From Candidatus Saccharimonadales bacterium (lineage in GTDB: Bacteria; Patescibacteriota; Saccharimonadia; Saccharimonadales; UBA4665): DNA of 64,000 nucleotides. The position numbers were made by a program, and so were the translations under genes. The DNA is taken from the NCBI GenBank assembly GCA_050730755.1, contig JBOHNR010000008.1, positions 79,968-143,967 on the forward strand, read 5' to 3'. Positions 47,681-57,284 of the stretch are shown here, piece after piece. The notes below the pieces were generated by a model, which did no database searches, was not told the origin of the DNA, and saw only the letters and a program-made list of their open reading frames with translations. Positions within the stretch are counted from its first letter, which is position 1. Each line of letters opens with the position of its first letter.

Positions 47681-48247
47681 ATGTTTAGCCAGGCCAAAGA
47701 ACTGCTTGAGCATCCCGGCTCGATTGGTGTTATGCCGACTGACACGGTTTACGGTGTAGTTGCTCGGGCCACTGATAAAGTAGCCGTTGAGCGGTTGTAT
47801 CAGTTAAAAAAACGTGATCATAAACCTGGCACGATTATTGCCGCCGATATCGAACAGTTGGTCAGTTTGGACCTTAAACGCCGCTATCTGAAGGCCGTTG
47901 AGCAGTTCTGGCCAGGCAGCATTAGTGTCGTTATTTCTTGTGGCTCGGCAGAGTTAGAATATTTGCACCTTGGCTTATCGTCTTTAGCAGTTCGTATACC
48001 AGCCGATGAAGAATTACACCAATTACTTAACCAAACCGGACCATTACTAACTAGCAGTGCCAATACGCCAGGTGATCCAACCGCTAATACGGTAGCTGAA
48101 GCTAAACGCTATTTGGGTAACAGAGTCGATTTTTATGAAGACGGTGGTGACCTATCCGGCCGACAGCCTTCAACCCTGATCCGGATGGTTGATGATGCTG
48201 TTGAAGTTTTACGCCAAGGCGCTGGACCAAAACTAGATTTATCTTAA
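47681..48247 (+). CDS. tsaC: L-threonylcarbamoyladenylate synthase (TsaC/YrdC type)
   Basis: PTDTVYGVVA, KKRDHKPGTII, LTSSANTPGDP motifs. 188 aa. Confidence 0.8.
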   Translation: MFSQAKELLEHPGSIGVMPTDTVYGVVARATDKVAVERLYQLKKRDHKPGTIIAADIEQLVSLDLKRRYLKAVEQFWPGSISVVISCGSAELEYLHLGLSSLAVRIPADEELHQLLNQTGPLLTSSANTPGDPTANTVAEAKRYLGNRVDFYEDGGDLSGRQPSTLIRMVDDAVEVLRQGAGPKLDLS

Positions 48248-48330
48248 TCCGATAATTCAATTGCTTCTAAGTCATGATTACTGACGCCAAGTTGTTCCAA
48301 AATCAAAGATGTGTCTTGGATTTTGAAGGA

Positions 48331-49632
48331 TTATCCAGCTTGAAATTCCCGTCTTAACCATTCGTCCAGACTAGATCCACCACCCCCAGCCATGCCGACA
48401 ACCATCGCCCCATCGGCTAAATTTTTTTGGATAACTTTTTTTAAACTATTATCAAGCTGCGCCGGTTCGGCTAGAGCTGGATCAGCTAAACGGCCAATTA
48501 ACTCAGCCGGTGGCATAATTCGTTGGCTCGGATCCTCCCGCGCCAGATAGCTCGGCAGCCAGTAAACTTTAGCAGCGCCAGTAAAGCAGTCTTTATAGTC
48601 GTCGATAATAAAATGTTGGCGCCGGTTAGTCAGTGGCTCGTAAATAATAACGACCGCTTGATTTTTAAGCTTGGCTATTTCTAGGGCTACACCCAAGCCA
48701 CCTCTAATTTTTTCCGGTGTGTGAGCGTAATCGCTATATAACCCAGGTACAATTTCTTCCATCCGCCGCTGCAAACCCGGAAAATGGTTATTCAGCTCGA
48801 TCAACTTATCCAACGGCTGGTTAGTGATAGCCGAAACAGCCTTTAGGGCCAGCCAGCCGTCCAGCCGGTTAGTCGGTCCGACTAACTTAAGATTCGATAG
48901 GACCGGATCATGGCTGTCTAATATCTTAAGTTTAGCCGACGAACTATCAAGGCCTAAGTACTGGGCATCTTGGTCCCAGATGAAAGTCTGTTGGCTGCTA
49001 CCAATAAAATCAACGAAGGCCGTCTGGTAATCAACCTGGGTCGGAAAGATTTCATGGTGGTCCCAGGTTACCCCGGAAATTAAGCTAATATAGGGCGCAA
49101 AAGCCAAAAAATTACGGTCAAACTCGTCGGCTTCATAAATAAAATACTGTGAATTTTGATCGTAGCTGCCCATATCGCCGAACTCGATTTTAGCGCCAAC
49201 TGAATAGCTGATTGGCAGCCCAAGTTGCTTAAAAAGCCAAATCACCATCGCCGTGGTGGTTGTTTTACCGTGGGTGCCAGCGATGGCCACCAGCTTTAGT
49301 TTTTTTTGTTCCAAGATGAAATTCAGTAGCTCATCCCGTTTGGAGATCTTAATACCTTGATCACGGCAGTAGGTAAGCTCCGGCGGGTTAGGGTTTTCTA
49401 GGGTAAGGGCTGAAGTATAGACAAACCAGTCAATTGGACGATCCTTATGGATATTAGCAATTTGATCCCGAGTCTGACCGATATGAATATCGGAAAGTCC
49501 GTGTTTGATCAAATAATCAATATAGCCTGATGTTTGCTTATCCGAGCCGGAAACGTTAAAGCCAGCTTCTTTAGAGATTAAAGCCAGTGGTCCAATCGCT
49601 GTGCCACCGATGCCGGAGAAGAAGATATGCAT
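48331..49632 (-). CDS. Mur ligase family protein (MurC/Mpl-like)
   Basis: MHIFFSGIGGTAIGPLA N-terminal Rossmann-like domain and AIAGTHGKTTTTAM P-loop. Isolated from any dcw cluster, so MurC and Mpl cannot be distinguished. Confidence 0.7.
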   Translation of the reverse strand: MHIFFSGIGGTAIGPLALISKEAGFNVSGSDKQTSGYIDYLIKHGLSDIHIGQTRDQIANIHKDRPIDWFVYTSALTLENPNPPELTYCRDQGIKISKRDELLNFILEQKKLKLVAIAGTHGKTTTTAMVIWLFKQLGLPISYSVGAKIEFGDMGSYDQNSQYFIYEADEFDRNFLAFAPYISLISGVTWDHHEIFPTQVDYQTAFVDFIGSSQQTFIWDQDAQYLGLDSSSAKLKILDSHDPVLSNLKLVGPTNRLDGWLALKAVSAITNQPLDKLIELNNHFPGLQRRMEEIVPGLYSDYAHTPEKIRGGLGVALEIAKLKNQAVVIIYEPLTNRRQHFIIDDYKDCFTGAAKVYWLPSYLAREDPSQRIMPPAELIGRLADPALAEPAQLDNSLKKVIQKNLADGAMVVGMAGGGGSSLDEWLRREFQAG

Positions 49633-49688
49633 GAACTTAAGTATATAGAATGCGGATTGATTAAAAAGTATCGGTATAATTAGGGCTT

Positions 49689-50291
49689 ATGGACTGGGTA
49701 GACAGAAAAACCCTAAGCGATCGGCTGAAAGAACTCAAGCCCTGGTATTTGCTGGTCATTACCTTGGTTGCCGGAATCGTTTGTATCGTTGCTCTAAGAG
49801 CCAATAACCTAGAAATGGTTAGTTTACGCAATCAGGTTTACAGTGCCGATAAAAACAACGGTGATGTCATTAAAGCACTCCAAAACCTGCAAGTTTATGT
49901 GAACTCGCACATGAACACTGATTTATCAACTGGCCCGAACGCTCCCTATCCACCGATCCAACTTGAGTATTCCTACGACCGGGCCGTTGAAGCGACCGGT
50001 TCGACAGCTAACTCCGATAATACCCAACTTTACACCAATGCCCAAAATTATTGCCAGTCGCTTGACCCAACAGACTTCTCCGGTCACAACCGGGTGCCCT
50101 GTATTCAGCAGTATGTTGAAAGTCACGGTGTTAAACTGCCGAATATTCCAGTTATCCTGTACGAGTTTGATTTTATCAGCCCGGCTTTGTCGCCGGATCT
50201 AGCCGGCTGGAGCCTAGTTGTGACGATCGTCAGTTTTTTGTCATTTGCCGTTCTTTGGTCATGGCAGCGCCTAACGGACCATCGCCACTAG
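49689..50291 (+). CDS. Hypothetical 2-TM protein (200 aa)
   Basis: TM helices near both termini. No recognisable motifs. Confidence 0.45.
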   Translation: MDWVDRKTLSDRLKELKPWYLLVITLVAGIVCIVALRANNLEMVSLRNQVYSADKNNGDVIKALQNLQVYVNSHMNTDLSTGPNAPYPPIQLEYSYDRAVEATGSTANSDNTQLYTNAQNYCQSLDPTDFSGHNRVPCIQQYVESHGVKLPNIPVILYEFDFISPALSPDLAGWSLVVTIVSFLSFAVLWSWQRLTDHRH

Positions 50292-50340
50292 GAGCTAGAC
50301 GTTGCCTAACTGTTCTTAAAGACGCTCCCTTTTAGTTAAA

Positions 50341-50967
50341 TTATTTGCTAGTTGTGTTTTGAAGCGTACTTGAGTTAGTATCCGGTGCTTGGGTTTGAGT
50401 ACAAGTCTGACCGTTCGGATGAGCTTTGTTGAACTGGGCGACCGCTTCAGCTACCTGGCCGGACGGCTGTAGGTTCTCCCAGAAGGTAACTTCACTATTA
50501 TTTATTATCATCTGGTCATATGGCTTATGCAGTTCACAACCGAGCTTAACCAAAGTCACGTTTTGGTTAGCTGACGAAGTTGTAGTGGTTGTACTACTAC
50601 TGTTTGTCTGGAGGTAAAAAACATTGGTTAAAACGACATACTGATTATTCATAGCCTGAATATTACCAAAATAGACTTGACCAGTATTCAGGAAAATAGC
50701 TTGGAGCTTTGAGGTGTTGATATAGCTAGCCTGCGAATTCGGCGATGAGGTGAAGATCAGCCAAGCAACTGTAGCAACTAGAAGGGCAACCACGAAAAGC
50801 AGTAAGTTTGTGCCAATCCGGCTCCACCGACCAAAAAGATCAGGCTTCATTTTACCGCCATGCCTAGCTTCAGCTTTATCTCGGCTGCTAGGTAAGTCGA
50901 CTGAATCGGGTGGTGGCGCAACACGAGACGGCGGTTGGTTTGGTGTCACACGATTGATAAAATCCAT
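50341..50967 (-). CDS. Hypothetical membrane-anchored protein (208 aa)
   Basis: Pro-rich N-terminus, one TM, Ser/Thr run SSSTTTTTSS. Confidence 0.45.
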   Translation of the reverse strand: MDFINRVTPNQPPSRVAPPPDSVDLPSSRDKAEARHGGKMKPDLFGRWSRIGTNLLLFVVALLVATVAWLIFTSSPNSQASYINTSKLQAIFLNTGQVYFGNIQAMNNQYVVLTNVFYLQTNSSSTTTTTSSANQNVTLVKLGCELHKPYDQMIINNSEVTFWENLQPSGQVAEAVAQFNKAHPNGQTCTQTQAPDTNSSTLQNTTSK

Positions 50968-51212
50968 AAATATAATTTCTCCACTCTTTTAAAGGTTTAT
51001 GCTTAGTGATCAGATTTCAGTGTAGTACAACAGCTTTGGTGAAGCAAGATGGTTATGCTAGGGCCAAACAAATGTTGCTAAAAATATATGTTTTAGTAAC
51101 AGAGGTCAAAAGGGGTTATAAGTCATAAAAGTTAGGATAATTGCTTGACAAGTGAAAAGCCAACAGAGTATTTTTAGGATACCAACTAATTACAAGAGAG
51201 GGAGATGCAGAG

Positions 51213-51407
51213 ATGGCATACAAGCACACTAATTCAAAGGGTGTAACTTACTACTTAAACTCAAAGGACGTTACGCTCCGTGGTGGCAAAAGGCAGACGA
51301 TTTACTACTTCAGTAAAGACCAGCGCCCAGAAGCAGCTGAGTTACCAGCCGGTTTCATGGTCAACGAGAACCCACGCAACGGTTTTCTAACTGTCAAGCG
51401 CAAATAA
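51213..51407 (+). CDS. Small basic protein (64 aa), function unknown
   Basis: GGGAG SD 8 nt upstream of the ATG and a terminator downstream. Sequence MAYKHTNSKGVTYYLNSKDVTLRGGK... Confidence 0.45.
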   Translation: MAYKHTNSKGVTYYLNSKDVTLRGGKRQTIYYFSKDQRPEAAELPAGFMVNENPRNGFLTVKRK

Positions 51408-51432
51408 ATAAGTAGAAAACTAAAGGTGAAAT

Positions 51433-51461
51433 GCCCGGCTAATTAAAAGTCGGGTATTTTT
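51433..51461 (+). terminator. Rho-independent terminator
   Basis: CCCGGC / GTCGGG stem (one G-U pair), 9-nt loop, then TATTTTT. Confidence 0.5.
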
Positions 51462-51498
51462 GTGTCCGTTCCTTTAACTCTGTATAATCACAGCCTGT

Positions 51499-52257
51499 AT
51501 GAGCGAAACTGTTCTAGTAGTTAAAGACTTGAAAAAATCGTATGGTGACAAGCAAGCTGTTAAAGGCGTCAGCTTTGAAGTTAAAAAAGGTGAAGTTTTT
51601 GGTATCTTAGGCCCTAATGGAGCTGGCAAAACGACTACCCTCGAGATGATTGAAACTCTCCGTAGCATCGACGGCGGTACGGCGGCCATTGACGGTGTCG
51701 ATGTTGCTACTGAGCCGTATAAAATTCGAGCGATGATTGGCGTCCAACCTCAACAACCGGGTTTTCAGGATAAAACCAAGCTGAGCGAAATGCTACAACT
51801 TTTCGCCGCTGCTTACGGTGAGAGGGTTAACCCTCAAGAATTTTTAGATAGTGTCGGCCTAGGCGCCGAAGCCAATTCCTACGTTGAAAATTTGTCCGGT
51901 GGCCAAGTCCAACGCTTCAGTATTGCCGCCGCCCTGGTCCACAACCCAAAAGTTTTCTTTATGGATGAGCCGACGACTGGCTTAGATCCCCAGGCTCGAC
52001 GTAATCTCTGGGACCTGGTTAACCACGTCCGTTCGAGGGGCATTAGCGTCATTTTAACGACTCATTATATGGACGAAGCCGAACAACTCTGTGACCGGGT
52101 AGCGATTATGGATAATGGCAAAATTATGACTCTTCATACTCCCCAAACTCTGATCAAGGAACTGCTAGCCCGTGGCTTTAAGAAGAAGCAGCACGTCGAG
52201 CAGGCCAACCTCGAAGATGTCTTTATTGACCTGACCGGAAAGGACCTAAGAGAATAA
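51499..52257 (+). CDS. ABC transporter ATP-binding protein (ABC-2/DrrA-like)
   Basis: Walker A GPNGAGKTT, signature LSGGQVQR, Walker B FFMDEPTTGLD. Confidence 0.85.
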   Translation: MSETVLVVKDLKKSYGDKQAVKGVSFEVKKGEVFGILGPNGAGKTTTLEMIETLRSIDGGTAAIDGVDVATEPYKIRAMIGVQPQQPGFQDKTKLSEMLQLFAAAYGERVNPQEFLDSVGLGAEANSYVENLSGGQVQRFSIAAALVHNPKVFFMDEPTTGLDPQARRNLWDLVNHVRSRGISVILTTHYMDEAEQLCDRVAIMDNGKIMTLHTPQTLIKELLARGFKKKQHVEQANLEDVFIDLTGKDLRE

Positions 52258-53516
52258 TGAGTAATTTATATGTCTATATTATTATCGCTCTGGTGGCCTT
52301 TGCGGCTTTCCAATTGGGACGCCGTCTGATGAGGACTAAAAAATCAACTGCTGAGATGATTCAGACTTCCGTTTCGGCCCAACCGGCCAAACTGCCACTC
52401 ACTGCTTGGCAGCGCCCACTTTACACCGTTTGGATGTTTTTCTTAATTAATACCCGCCGAGTTTTTCGGGACCGGGTAGCTTTATTTTTTACCTTCCTGT
52501 TCCCGCTAATATTTCTCTTCATTTTCGGCGGTCTTTTTGGTAGCAACCAAAGTACAACTTTTAGCGTGGCTATTATTAATAACTCCCACTCGGCGTTTTC
52601 TAAACAATTTGTCGCTCAAGCTAGCAAACAAAAAACACTGAAAGTCGACAACAGCGTCAAAACCTTAGCTCAGGCTAATGATAAGATGAGCCGAGGCGAG
52701 CTCGATGCGACGATTCAATTACCAGCTAGTTTTGGAGTTATTCAGCCTGGTAAATCCTATCCGACGGGGCAAGCCATTGTTCACTACACCGAGAATAACC
52801 AGCAAGCAGCTGAGACTTTAGCTTCAGTCTTGCAGGCTGAATTCCAGGGTATTAATGCCAGCTTTATTAAGCCAATAACGCCTTTTACGGTCACCACCAA
52901 GCAAACTAATACTCTTAGCTTGTCGCAGTTTGACTATACTTTTACCGGATTGCTTGGGTTTGCTATCTTAGGTTCTGGTATTTTCGGCCCGATTAATGTT
53001 TTTCCGGAACTAAAGAAAATGGGAATCTTAAGGCGGCTACACACCACACCACTGCGGGTTTGGCAATACTTCTTATCGACAATGCTCGGTTACGCTTTCA
53101 TCGGCTTTTTGTCACTAGCTTTAATGTTTGTAGTTGCCATGATTGTTTTCCACCTCAGAGTAATCGGTAACTATTTTGAGCTGGCGGCCTTTTTGGTCTT
53201 TGGCATAGTTATGGTGCTGGGCATCGGCCTGGCCCTTGGCGGTTGGGCTAAGAACGAACGTCAAGTTGCCCCACTGGCTAACATCATTGTCTTTCCAATG
53301 ATGTTTCTGACTGGCGTCTTTTTCCCGAGGTACCTAATGCCTGACTGGCTACAGGGCATTACGACCTATATGCCCTTAACACCAGTTATTGATGGCGCTA
53401 GGTTAATTGCGACAGAAGGGAAGTCACTGATTGATATCGCGCCCCAGCTTGACGTAATGGCTGTCTGGACAGTCATCGTTTATGCCATCGCCTTCCGACT
53501 CTTTCGTTGGGAGTAA
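52257..53516 (+). CDS. ABC-2 family permease with a large extracytoplasmic loop
   Basis: 419 aa. One TM, a ~170-aa loop, then 5 C-terminal TM helices. Start overlaps the ATPase stop (TAATG). Confidence 0.75.
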   Translation: MSNLYVYIIIALVAFAAFQLGRRLMRTKKSTAEMIQTSVSAQPAKLPLTAWQRPLYTVWMFFLINTRRVFRDRVALFFTFLFPLIFLFIFGGLFGSNQSTTFSVAIINNSHSAFSKQFVAQASKQKTLKVDNSVKTLAQANDKMSRGELDATIQLPASFGVIQPGKSYPTGQAIVHYTENNQQAAETLASVLQAEFQGINASFIKPITPFTVTTKQTNTLSLSQFDYTFTGLLGFAILGSGIFGPINVFPELKKMGILRRLHTTPLRVWQYFLSTMLGYAFIGFLSLALMFVVAMIVFHLRVIGNYFELAAFLVFGIVMVLGIGLALGGWAKNERQVAPLANIIVFPMMFLTGVFFPRYLMPDWLQGITTYMPLTPVIDGARLIATEGKSLIDIAPQLDVMAVWTVIVYAIAFRLFRWE

Positions 53517-53540
53517 GGCAGCTTTTTGAACGACTGGTCA

Positions 53541-54560
53541 ATGATAATGGATTTATTTGAAAATTTGCCAAAACCATTTTTCGTACTGTCGCCGATGGAT
53601 GATGTGACAGATACAGTTTTCCGCCAGGTGATAGCCAGCCTCGCTGCCCCAGATTTGTTTTTTACAGAGTTTGTCAATGTTGATGGCTTGCAAAGTCCTG
53701 GCCGGATTAAACTTTTAGATAAATTAAAGTTTAGCTCCCGAGATACACCATTGATAGCTCAGATCTGGGGTAAGGATCCCAATAACTTTTATAAAACGGC
53801 CCAACAGTTAGCTGACGGCACCTTTGCCGATGAACTAGATTTGCCTAAGGGTCTTAATTTCGCCGGCATTGATCTTAATATGGGTTGCCCGGAAAAAACG
53901 GCCGTTAAAAACGGCACCTGTAGCGCCCTGATTAACAATCGTCCGTTAGCGGCCGAAATCATTGCTGCTACTTTAGAAGGGGCAGCCGGTCGGCTGCCAG
54001 TCAGCCTGAAAACCCGCCTTGGCTTTAGCAGCATCGATTTAAGCTGGCCGGAGTTCTTACTCGGCCAGCGGTTAGCGACGCTTAGTTTCCATGCACGTAC
54101 CCGACAGGAAATGAGTAAGGTGCCGGCTCACTTGGAAGTCTTAGGCCAGATTAGTGCTCTTCGCAATAAGTTATCGCCAACCACGAAAATTGTTGGTAAC
54201 GGCGATATAATTAGCCGCCGCCAAGGCATGGAGTTGGCTAAGCAGTACGGTTTAGATGGCATTATGATCGGTCGCGGCATTTTTCAAGACCCTTTTCTGT
54301 TTGCTAAAAACAGCCTATGGCCAGGCTATACCAAGTCGCAAAAAATCAGCCTATATGAGAGCCACGTCAAACTTTTTGCCAGGACCTGGAACCGAACTAG
54401 CCGTTCACTACTGCCGCTTAACAAGTTTTGTAAAATCTATATCCAAGGTTTTGATGGCGCCAAGGAGCTACGGGAACAGCTCATGCATAGCCAAACCATC
54501 GATGATCTACTCAATTTGCTGGAGCTAAATCAACATAAAGATTTGGTCAACAGCCAATGA
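53541..54560 (+). CDS. dus: tRNA-dihydrouridine synthase
   Basis: LSPMDDVTDTVFRQ, DLNMGCP, catalytic-Cys region and HARTR motif. Start at the first ATG (the track gives TTG 53526). Confidence 0.8.
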   Translation: MIMDLFENLPKPFFVLSPMDDVTDTVFRQVIASLAAPDLFFTEFVNVDGLQSPGRIKLLDKLKFSSRDTPLIAQIWGKDPNNFYKTAQQLADGTFADELDLPKGLNFAGIDLNMGCPEKTAVKNGTCSALINNRPLAAEIIAATLEGAAGRLPVSLKTRLGFSSIDLSWPEFLLGQRLATLSFHARTRQEMSKVPAHLEVLGQISALRNKLSPTTKIVGNGDIISRRQGMELAKQYGLDGIMIGRGIFQDPFLFAKNSLWPGYTKSQKISLYESHVKLFARTWNRTSRSLLPLNKFCKIYIQGFDGAKELREQLMHSQTIDDLLNLLELNQHKDLVNSQ

Positions 54561-55492
54561 TTGCCTATACTTTTAGGCAAATGATTAAAACCGAGCACTT
54601 AACTAAGCGCTTTAAGAAAAAATTAGCTGTTGACGATATTTCGTTTGAAGCCCAGTCGGGTAAAGTAACTGGTTTTCTTGGTCCAAATGGAGCCGGTAAG
54701 TCGACTACCATGCGTCTGATGCTCAGTCTAGACAACGGTGGTGGCCGGACTACTTTTGGTGGTAAGAAATTAAGTGAGTACAGCCAACCCTCCAAGGTAG
54801 TCGGTATTTTATTGGAGGCTAAAGCCTTTCACCCGACTCGGACAGCTCGTAACCACTTAAGGGTTTTAGCCGATGCCGGCAATATACCGATGAGGCGGGT
54901 CGATGAGGCGATTGACCTAGTTGGGATGACCACCGAAATCAAAAAAGGGCCAGGTAAATTTTCACTCGGGATGGCTCAACGTTTAGGTATCGCCGCTGCT
55001 GTTCTAGGAGAGCCAAAATACTTGGTTTTGGATGAGCCGGCTAATGGCTTAGACCCGGAGGGCATTGCTTGGCTACGTAATTTTTTAAAGGAATATGCCG
55101 ATAAAGGTAACGCCGTCTTTGTTTCTAGCCACTTACTCAGCGAGATGTCACAGATGGCTGATGACGTCGTTGTGATAGGCAAAGGTAAGCTGATAGCTAA
55201 TACTTCGATGGCAACGATCATTGCTGACAGCTCCCGCACGGGCATCTTTGTCCGAGTTACTAAAACGGCCGAGCTAGAGAAAGTTCTTAGGCAAAAGTCA
55301 TTTAATTTCACCAAAGAGGATGACGGCTTTAAGATTACTGGGGTGGCAACCGACGAAATTGGCAAACTAGCTTTTGCGGCTGGACTACCGATTTTAGAAT
55401 TGGCTAAACAAAACGCCTCGCTTGAGGAGGCATTCTTGGATCTGACTGAAGGGGCTGAAGAATTCAAGATACCGAGCGGGGGAAAGAAATGA
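54557..55492 (+). CDS. ABC transporter ATP-binding protein
   Basis: Walker A GPNGAGKST, FSLGMAQR signature, LVLDEPANGLD. ATGA overlap with dus (alternative start at 54581). Confidence 0.8.
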   Translation: MIAYTFRQMIKTEHLTKRFKKKLAVDDISFEAQSGKVTGFLGPNGAGKSTTMRLMLSLDNGGGRTTFGGKKLSEYSQPSKVVGILLEAKAFHPTRTARNHLRVLADAGNIPMRRVDEAIDLVGMTTEIKKGPGKFSLGMAQRLGIAAAVLGEPKYLVLDEPANGLDPEGIAWLRNFLKEYADKGNAVFVSSHLLSEMSQMADDVVVIGKGKLIANTSMATIIADSSRTGIFVRVTKTAELEKVLRQKSFNFTKEDDGFKITGVATDEIGKLAFAAGLPILELAKQNASLEEAFLDLTEGAEEFKIPSGGKK

Positions 55493-56244
55493 TATCGACC
55501 CTTAAAGCCGAATTCCGTAAACTGCTGACTATTCGCTCAACCTATATCATCACGGGGCTAGTTATAGCTCTGGTTATTTTTGTAGCGTTTTACGTTGAAG
55601 GTTGGCGGGTAGCCGGCGGCCCAATCGTTCATAGTCCGACTTTGCTATCTAGTGATGTCTTAGGCGGCCTGAGCGTGACCGTTTTCGGAGCAATTGTCGC
55701 TATTTTAGCGATGACTCACGAGTACCGCTACAGCACAATTATGTATACTCTCACCTCTAGCAAAAGCCGAAGCCGAGTCCTACTATCTAAAGTTATTGTA
55801 ATTAGTGTTTACGCTTTGGTTCTAGCTACAATTGTGGCAATCCTATCGCCTCTGATGAGCGATCTTGGTATTCATGCTGCCGGCGGTACGCTAGTTCACC
55901 AGACTCTAAATGTTTGGGACCTGGCTTGGCGAAGCTTGTTCTACGGTTGGGGCTACAGCATGGCCGGTCTACTGATCGCTGTTATCGCTCGTAATCAAGT
56001 AGCTTCCATAGCCACCTTATTTTTGGTACCGGATTTGGCAGAGTCGTTACTGTCGTTACTACTTAAAAATAGTACCATTTATTTGCCGTTCACTTCTTTA
56101 AACGAAGTAATTGGAGCCTCTTCTCATAGCCAGTTGGTAACAACTAGCTTAACACCCTCCAAAGCAGCTCTGGTCTTTGCCGGCTACTTGATAGTTGCCT
56201 GGGTTATCGGCTGGGTGCTCTTCCTGCGCCGCGACGCAATCTAA
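55489..56244 (+). CDS. ABC-2 type permease
   Basis: 251 aa, 6 TM. ATGA overlap with the upstream ATPase. Confidence 0.65.
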   Translation: MISTLKAEFRKLLTIRSTYIITGLVIALVIFVAFYVEGWRVAGGPIVHSPTLLSSDVLGGLSVTVFGAIVAILAMTHEYRYSTIMYTLTSSKSRSRVLLSKVIVISVYALVLATIVAILSPLMSDLGIHAAGGTLVHQTLNVWDLAWRSLFYGWGYSMAGLLIAVIARNQVASIATLFLVPDLAESLLSLLLKNSTIYLPFTSLNEVIGASSHSQLVTTSLTPSKAALVFAGYLIVAWVIGWVLFLRRDAI

Positions 56245-56271
56245 GACTAATTTATTGATAAATATAAAATA

Positions 56272-56347
56272 TGGTGGGGATGGTTGGATTTGAACCAACG
56301 ACCAATCAGTTATGAGCCGACTGCTCTAACCACTGAGCTACATCCCC
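56272..56347 (-). tRNA. tRNA with anticodon CAT; candidate tRNA-Ile2 (lysidine-modified) rather than elongator Met
   Basis: Minus-strand sequence GGGGATGTAGCTCAGTGGTTAGAGCAGTCGGCTCATAACTGATTGGTCGTTGGTTCAAATCCAACCATCCCCACCA folds as a 76-nt cloverleaf with encoded CCA. The G27-U43 pair and TGGTC variable loop resemble E. coli ileX. Confidence 0.85.
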
Positions 56348-56411
56348 ACGCCCTAGGTCAACAGAGATGAGTATACCAGATTAGGTATACTAGATTGTAG
56401 CGGTAGGTCAT

Positions 56412-56873
56412 ATGTTGCCATTGAATAAAATCAAACAATACAGCGAAATCGCATATAGATACGTTAATCAATTACGTGACGTTCGTTTTGCTGGTCAAGT
56501 GATCTTTGTAGTCATAGTGCTTCTCGTTAGCTGGAGCGGTGTTAAGGCTATTGATGCCAATTATGCTTTGCAAAAACAAATTACAACCATACAGCAGCAG
56601 AATGAAATCCAAAAATTAGAAAATAATAATATTAACCTACAGAATCAATACTTTAAAAGTAACCAGTACCTGGAGCTTTCAGCCAGGCAGAATTTTGGTC
56701 TAGCGGCACCTGGCGAAACTGAACTTATCGTGCCTAAAAATGTGGCTTTATCATATACAGTACCAGAGCCAAAAGTTGCATCATCAAAACCAGTCACCAA
56801 ATCACCACTTTACGAGCGTAATCTTAGAGCCTGGGTGAATTTTTTCCTTGATCGTAAGCAAGCTACAGATTGA
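56412..56873 (+). CDS. Septum formation initiator family protein (FtsB/DivIC-like)
   Basis: N-terminal TM, coiled coil QKQITTIQQQNEIQKLENNNINLQNQ, then YLELSARQNFGLAAPGETELIVP. Confidence 0.65.
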   Translation: MLPLNKIKQYSEIAYRYVNQLRDVRFAGQVIFVVIVLLVSWSGVKAIDANYALQKQITTIQQQNEIQKLENNNINLQNQYFKSNQYLELSARQNFGLAAPGETELIVPKNVALSYTVPEPKVASSKPVTKSPLYERNLRAWVNFFLDRKQATD

Positions 56874-56919
56874 CAAAACCACCCCTGTTTGTTATGGTTA
56901 CAGTAAAGTTCAAATGTAT

Positions 56920-56994
56920 CGCGGGGTGGAGCAGCGGCAGCTCGCGTGGCTCATAACCACGAGGTCGCAGGTTCGAGTCCTGTCCCCGCAACCA
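56920..56994 (+). tRNA. Initiator tRNA-fMet (anticodon CAT)
   Basis: CGCGGGGTGGAGCAGCGGCAGCTCGCGTGGCTCATAACCACGAGGTCGCAGGTTCGAGTCCTGTCCCCGCAACCA. C1xA72 mismatch and an acceptor stem identical to E. coli tRNA-fMet. Only two of the three canonical G-C pairs are present at the base of the anticodon stem. Confidence 0.9.
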
Positions 56995-57037
56995 AGTCAT
57001 GCACCAACAGGGGTAGACTGGGTTCCTAGACCGGTCT
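56970..57037 (+). repeat. Repeat R copy 1: tRNA-fMet 3' part plus its terminator hairpin
   Basis: GGTTCGAGTCCTGTCCCCGCAACCAAGTCATGCACCAACA... aligns with 58246-58314 (35 of the first 40 positions identical by hand alignment). Confidence 0.8.
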
Positions 57038-57050
57038 TTTTCTTTTCTTC
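57015..57050 (+). terminator. Rho-independent terminator of tRNA-fMet
   Basis: AGACTGG / CCGGTCT stem (one G-U pair) followed by TTTTTCTTTTCTTC. Confidence 0.5.
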
Positions 57051-57073
57051 TTAGAACTTTACCTCTGTAATTA

Positions 57074-57085
57074 GGTTCGAGTCCT
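57074..57085 (+). repeat. Isolated T-arm-like fragment GGTTCGAGTCCT
   Basis: Identical 12-mer to the T-arm of tRNA-fMet and to R copies 2 and 3, with no tRNA body upstream. Confidence 0.5.
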
Positions 57086-57093
57086 ATTCCCAT

Positions 57094-57207
57094 TGGCTCG
57101 AACCGCCCAAGAGCATCATTGTAGCGCAATTAACTCCTAGCACAGTTTCTAAAACTGTCCAACCCTTATCATAGGTACTGGATGCCTCAAAACTAGACCG
57201 TGTTCCA
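57094..57207 (+). repeat. Repeat S copy 1 (114 nt, unassigned non-coding element)
   Basis: Aligns along its full length with 58385-58497. Shared blocks: TGGCTCGAACC, CATCATT, TTAACTCCT, CACAG, AAAACTG, ATAGG, CTGGA, ACTAGACCG, GTTCCA. Confidence 0.7.
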
Positions 57208-57227
57208 GGGCTGTTCCTAATAGTTAA

Positions 57228-57263
57228 TCGTGAAAATTTATATATTATTGCTATTTTTCACGA
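57228..57263. promoter_or_regulatory. 9-bp perfect inverted repeat (operator-like) upstream of the Fic promoter
   Basis: TCGTGAAAA (57228-36) and TTTTCACGA (57255-63) separated by 18 nt. TATAAT at 57273-78. Confidence 0.35.
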
Positions 57264-57284
57264 TGAGTATGATATAATGGTAGT

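Noticed and set aside
54976-55467. 163-aa minus-strand ORF.
   Set aside because: It lies antisense inside a well-supported ABC ATPase gene. It is Ser/Ala/Pro-rich and has no start context.
56863-57129. 88-aa minus-strand ORF.
   Set aside because: It runs across the initiator tRNA gene and its terminator, so it is an artefact of the GC-rich tRNA sequence.
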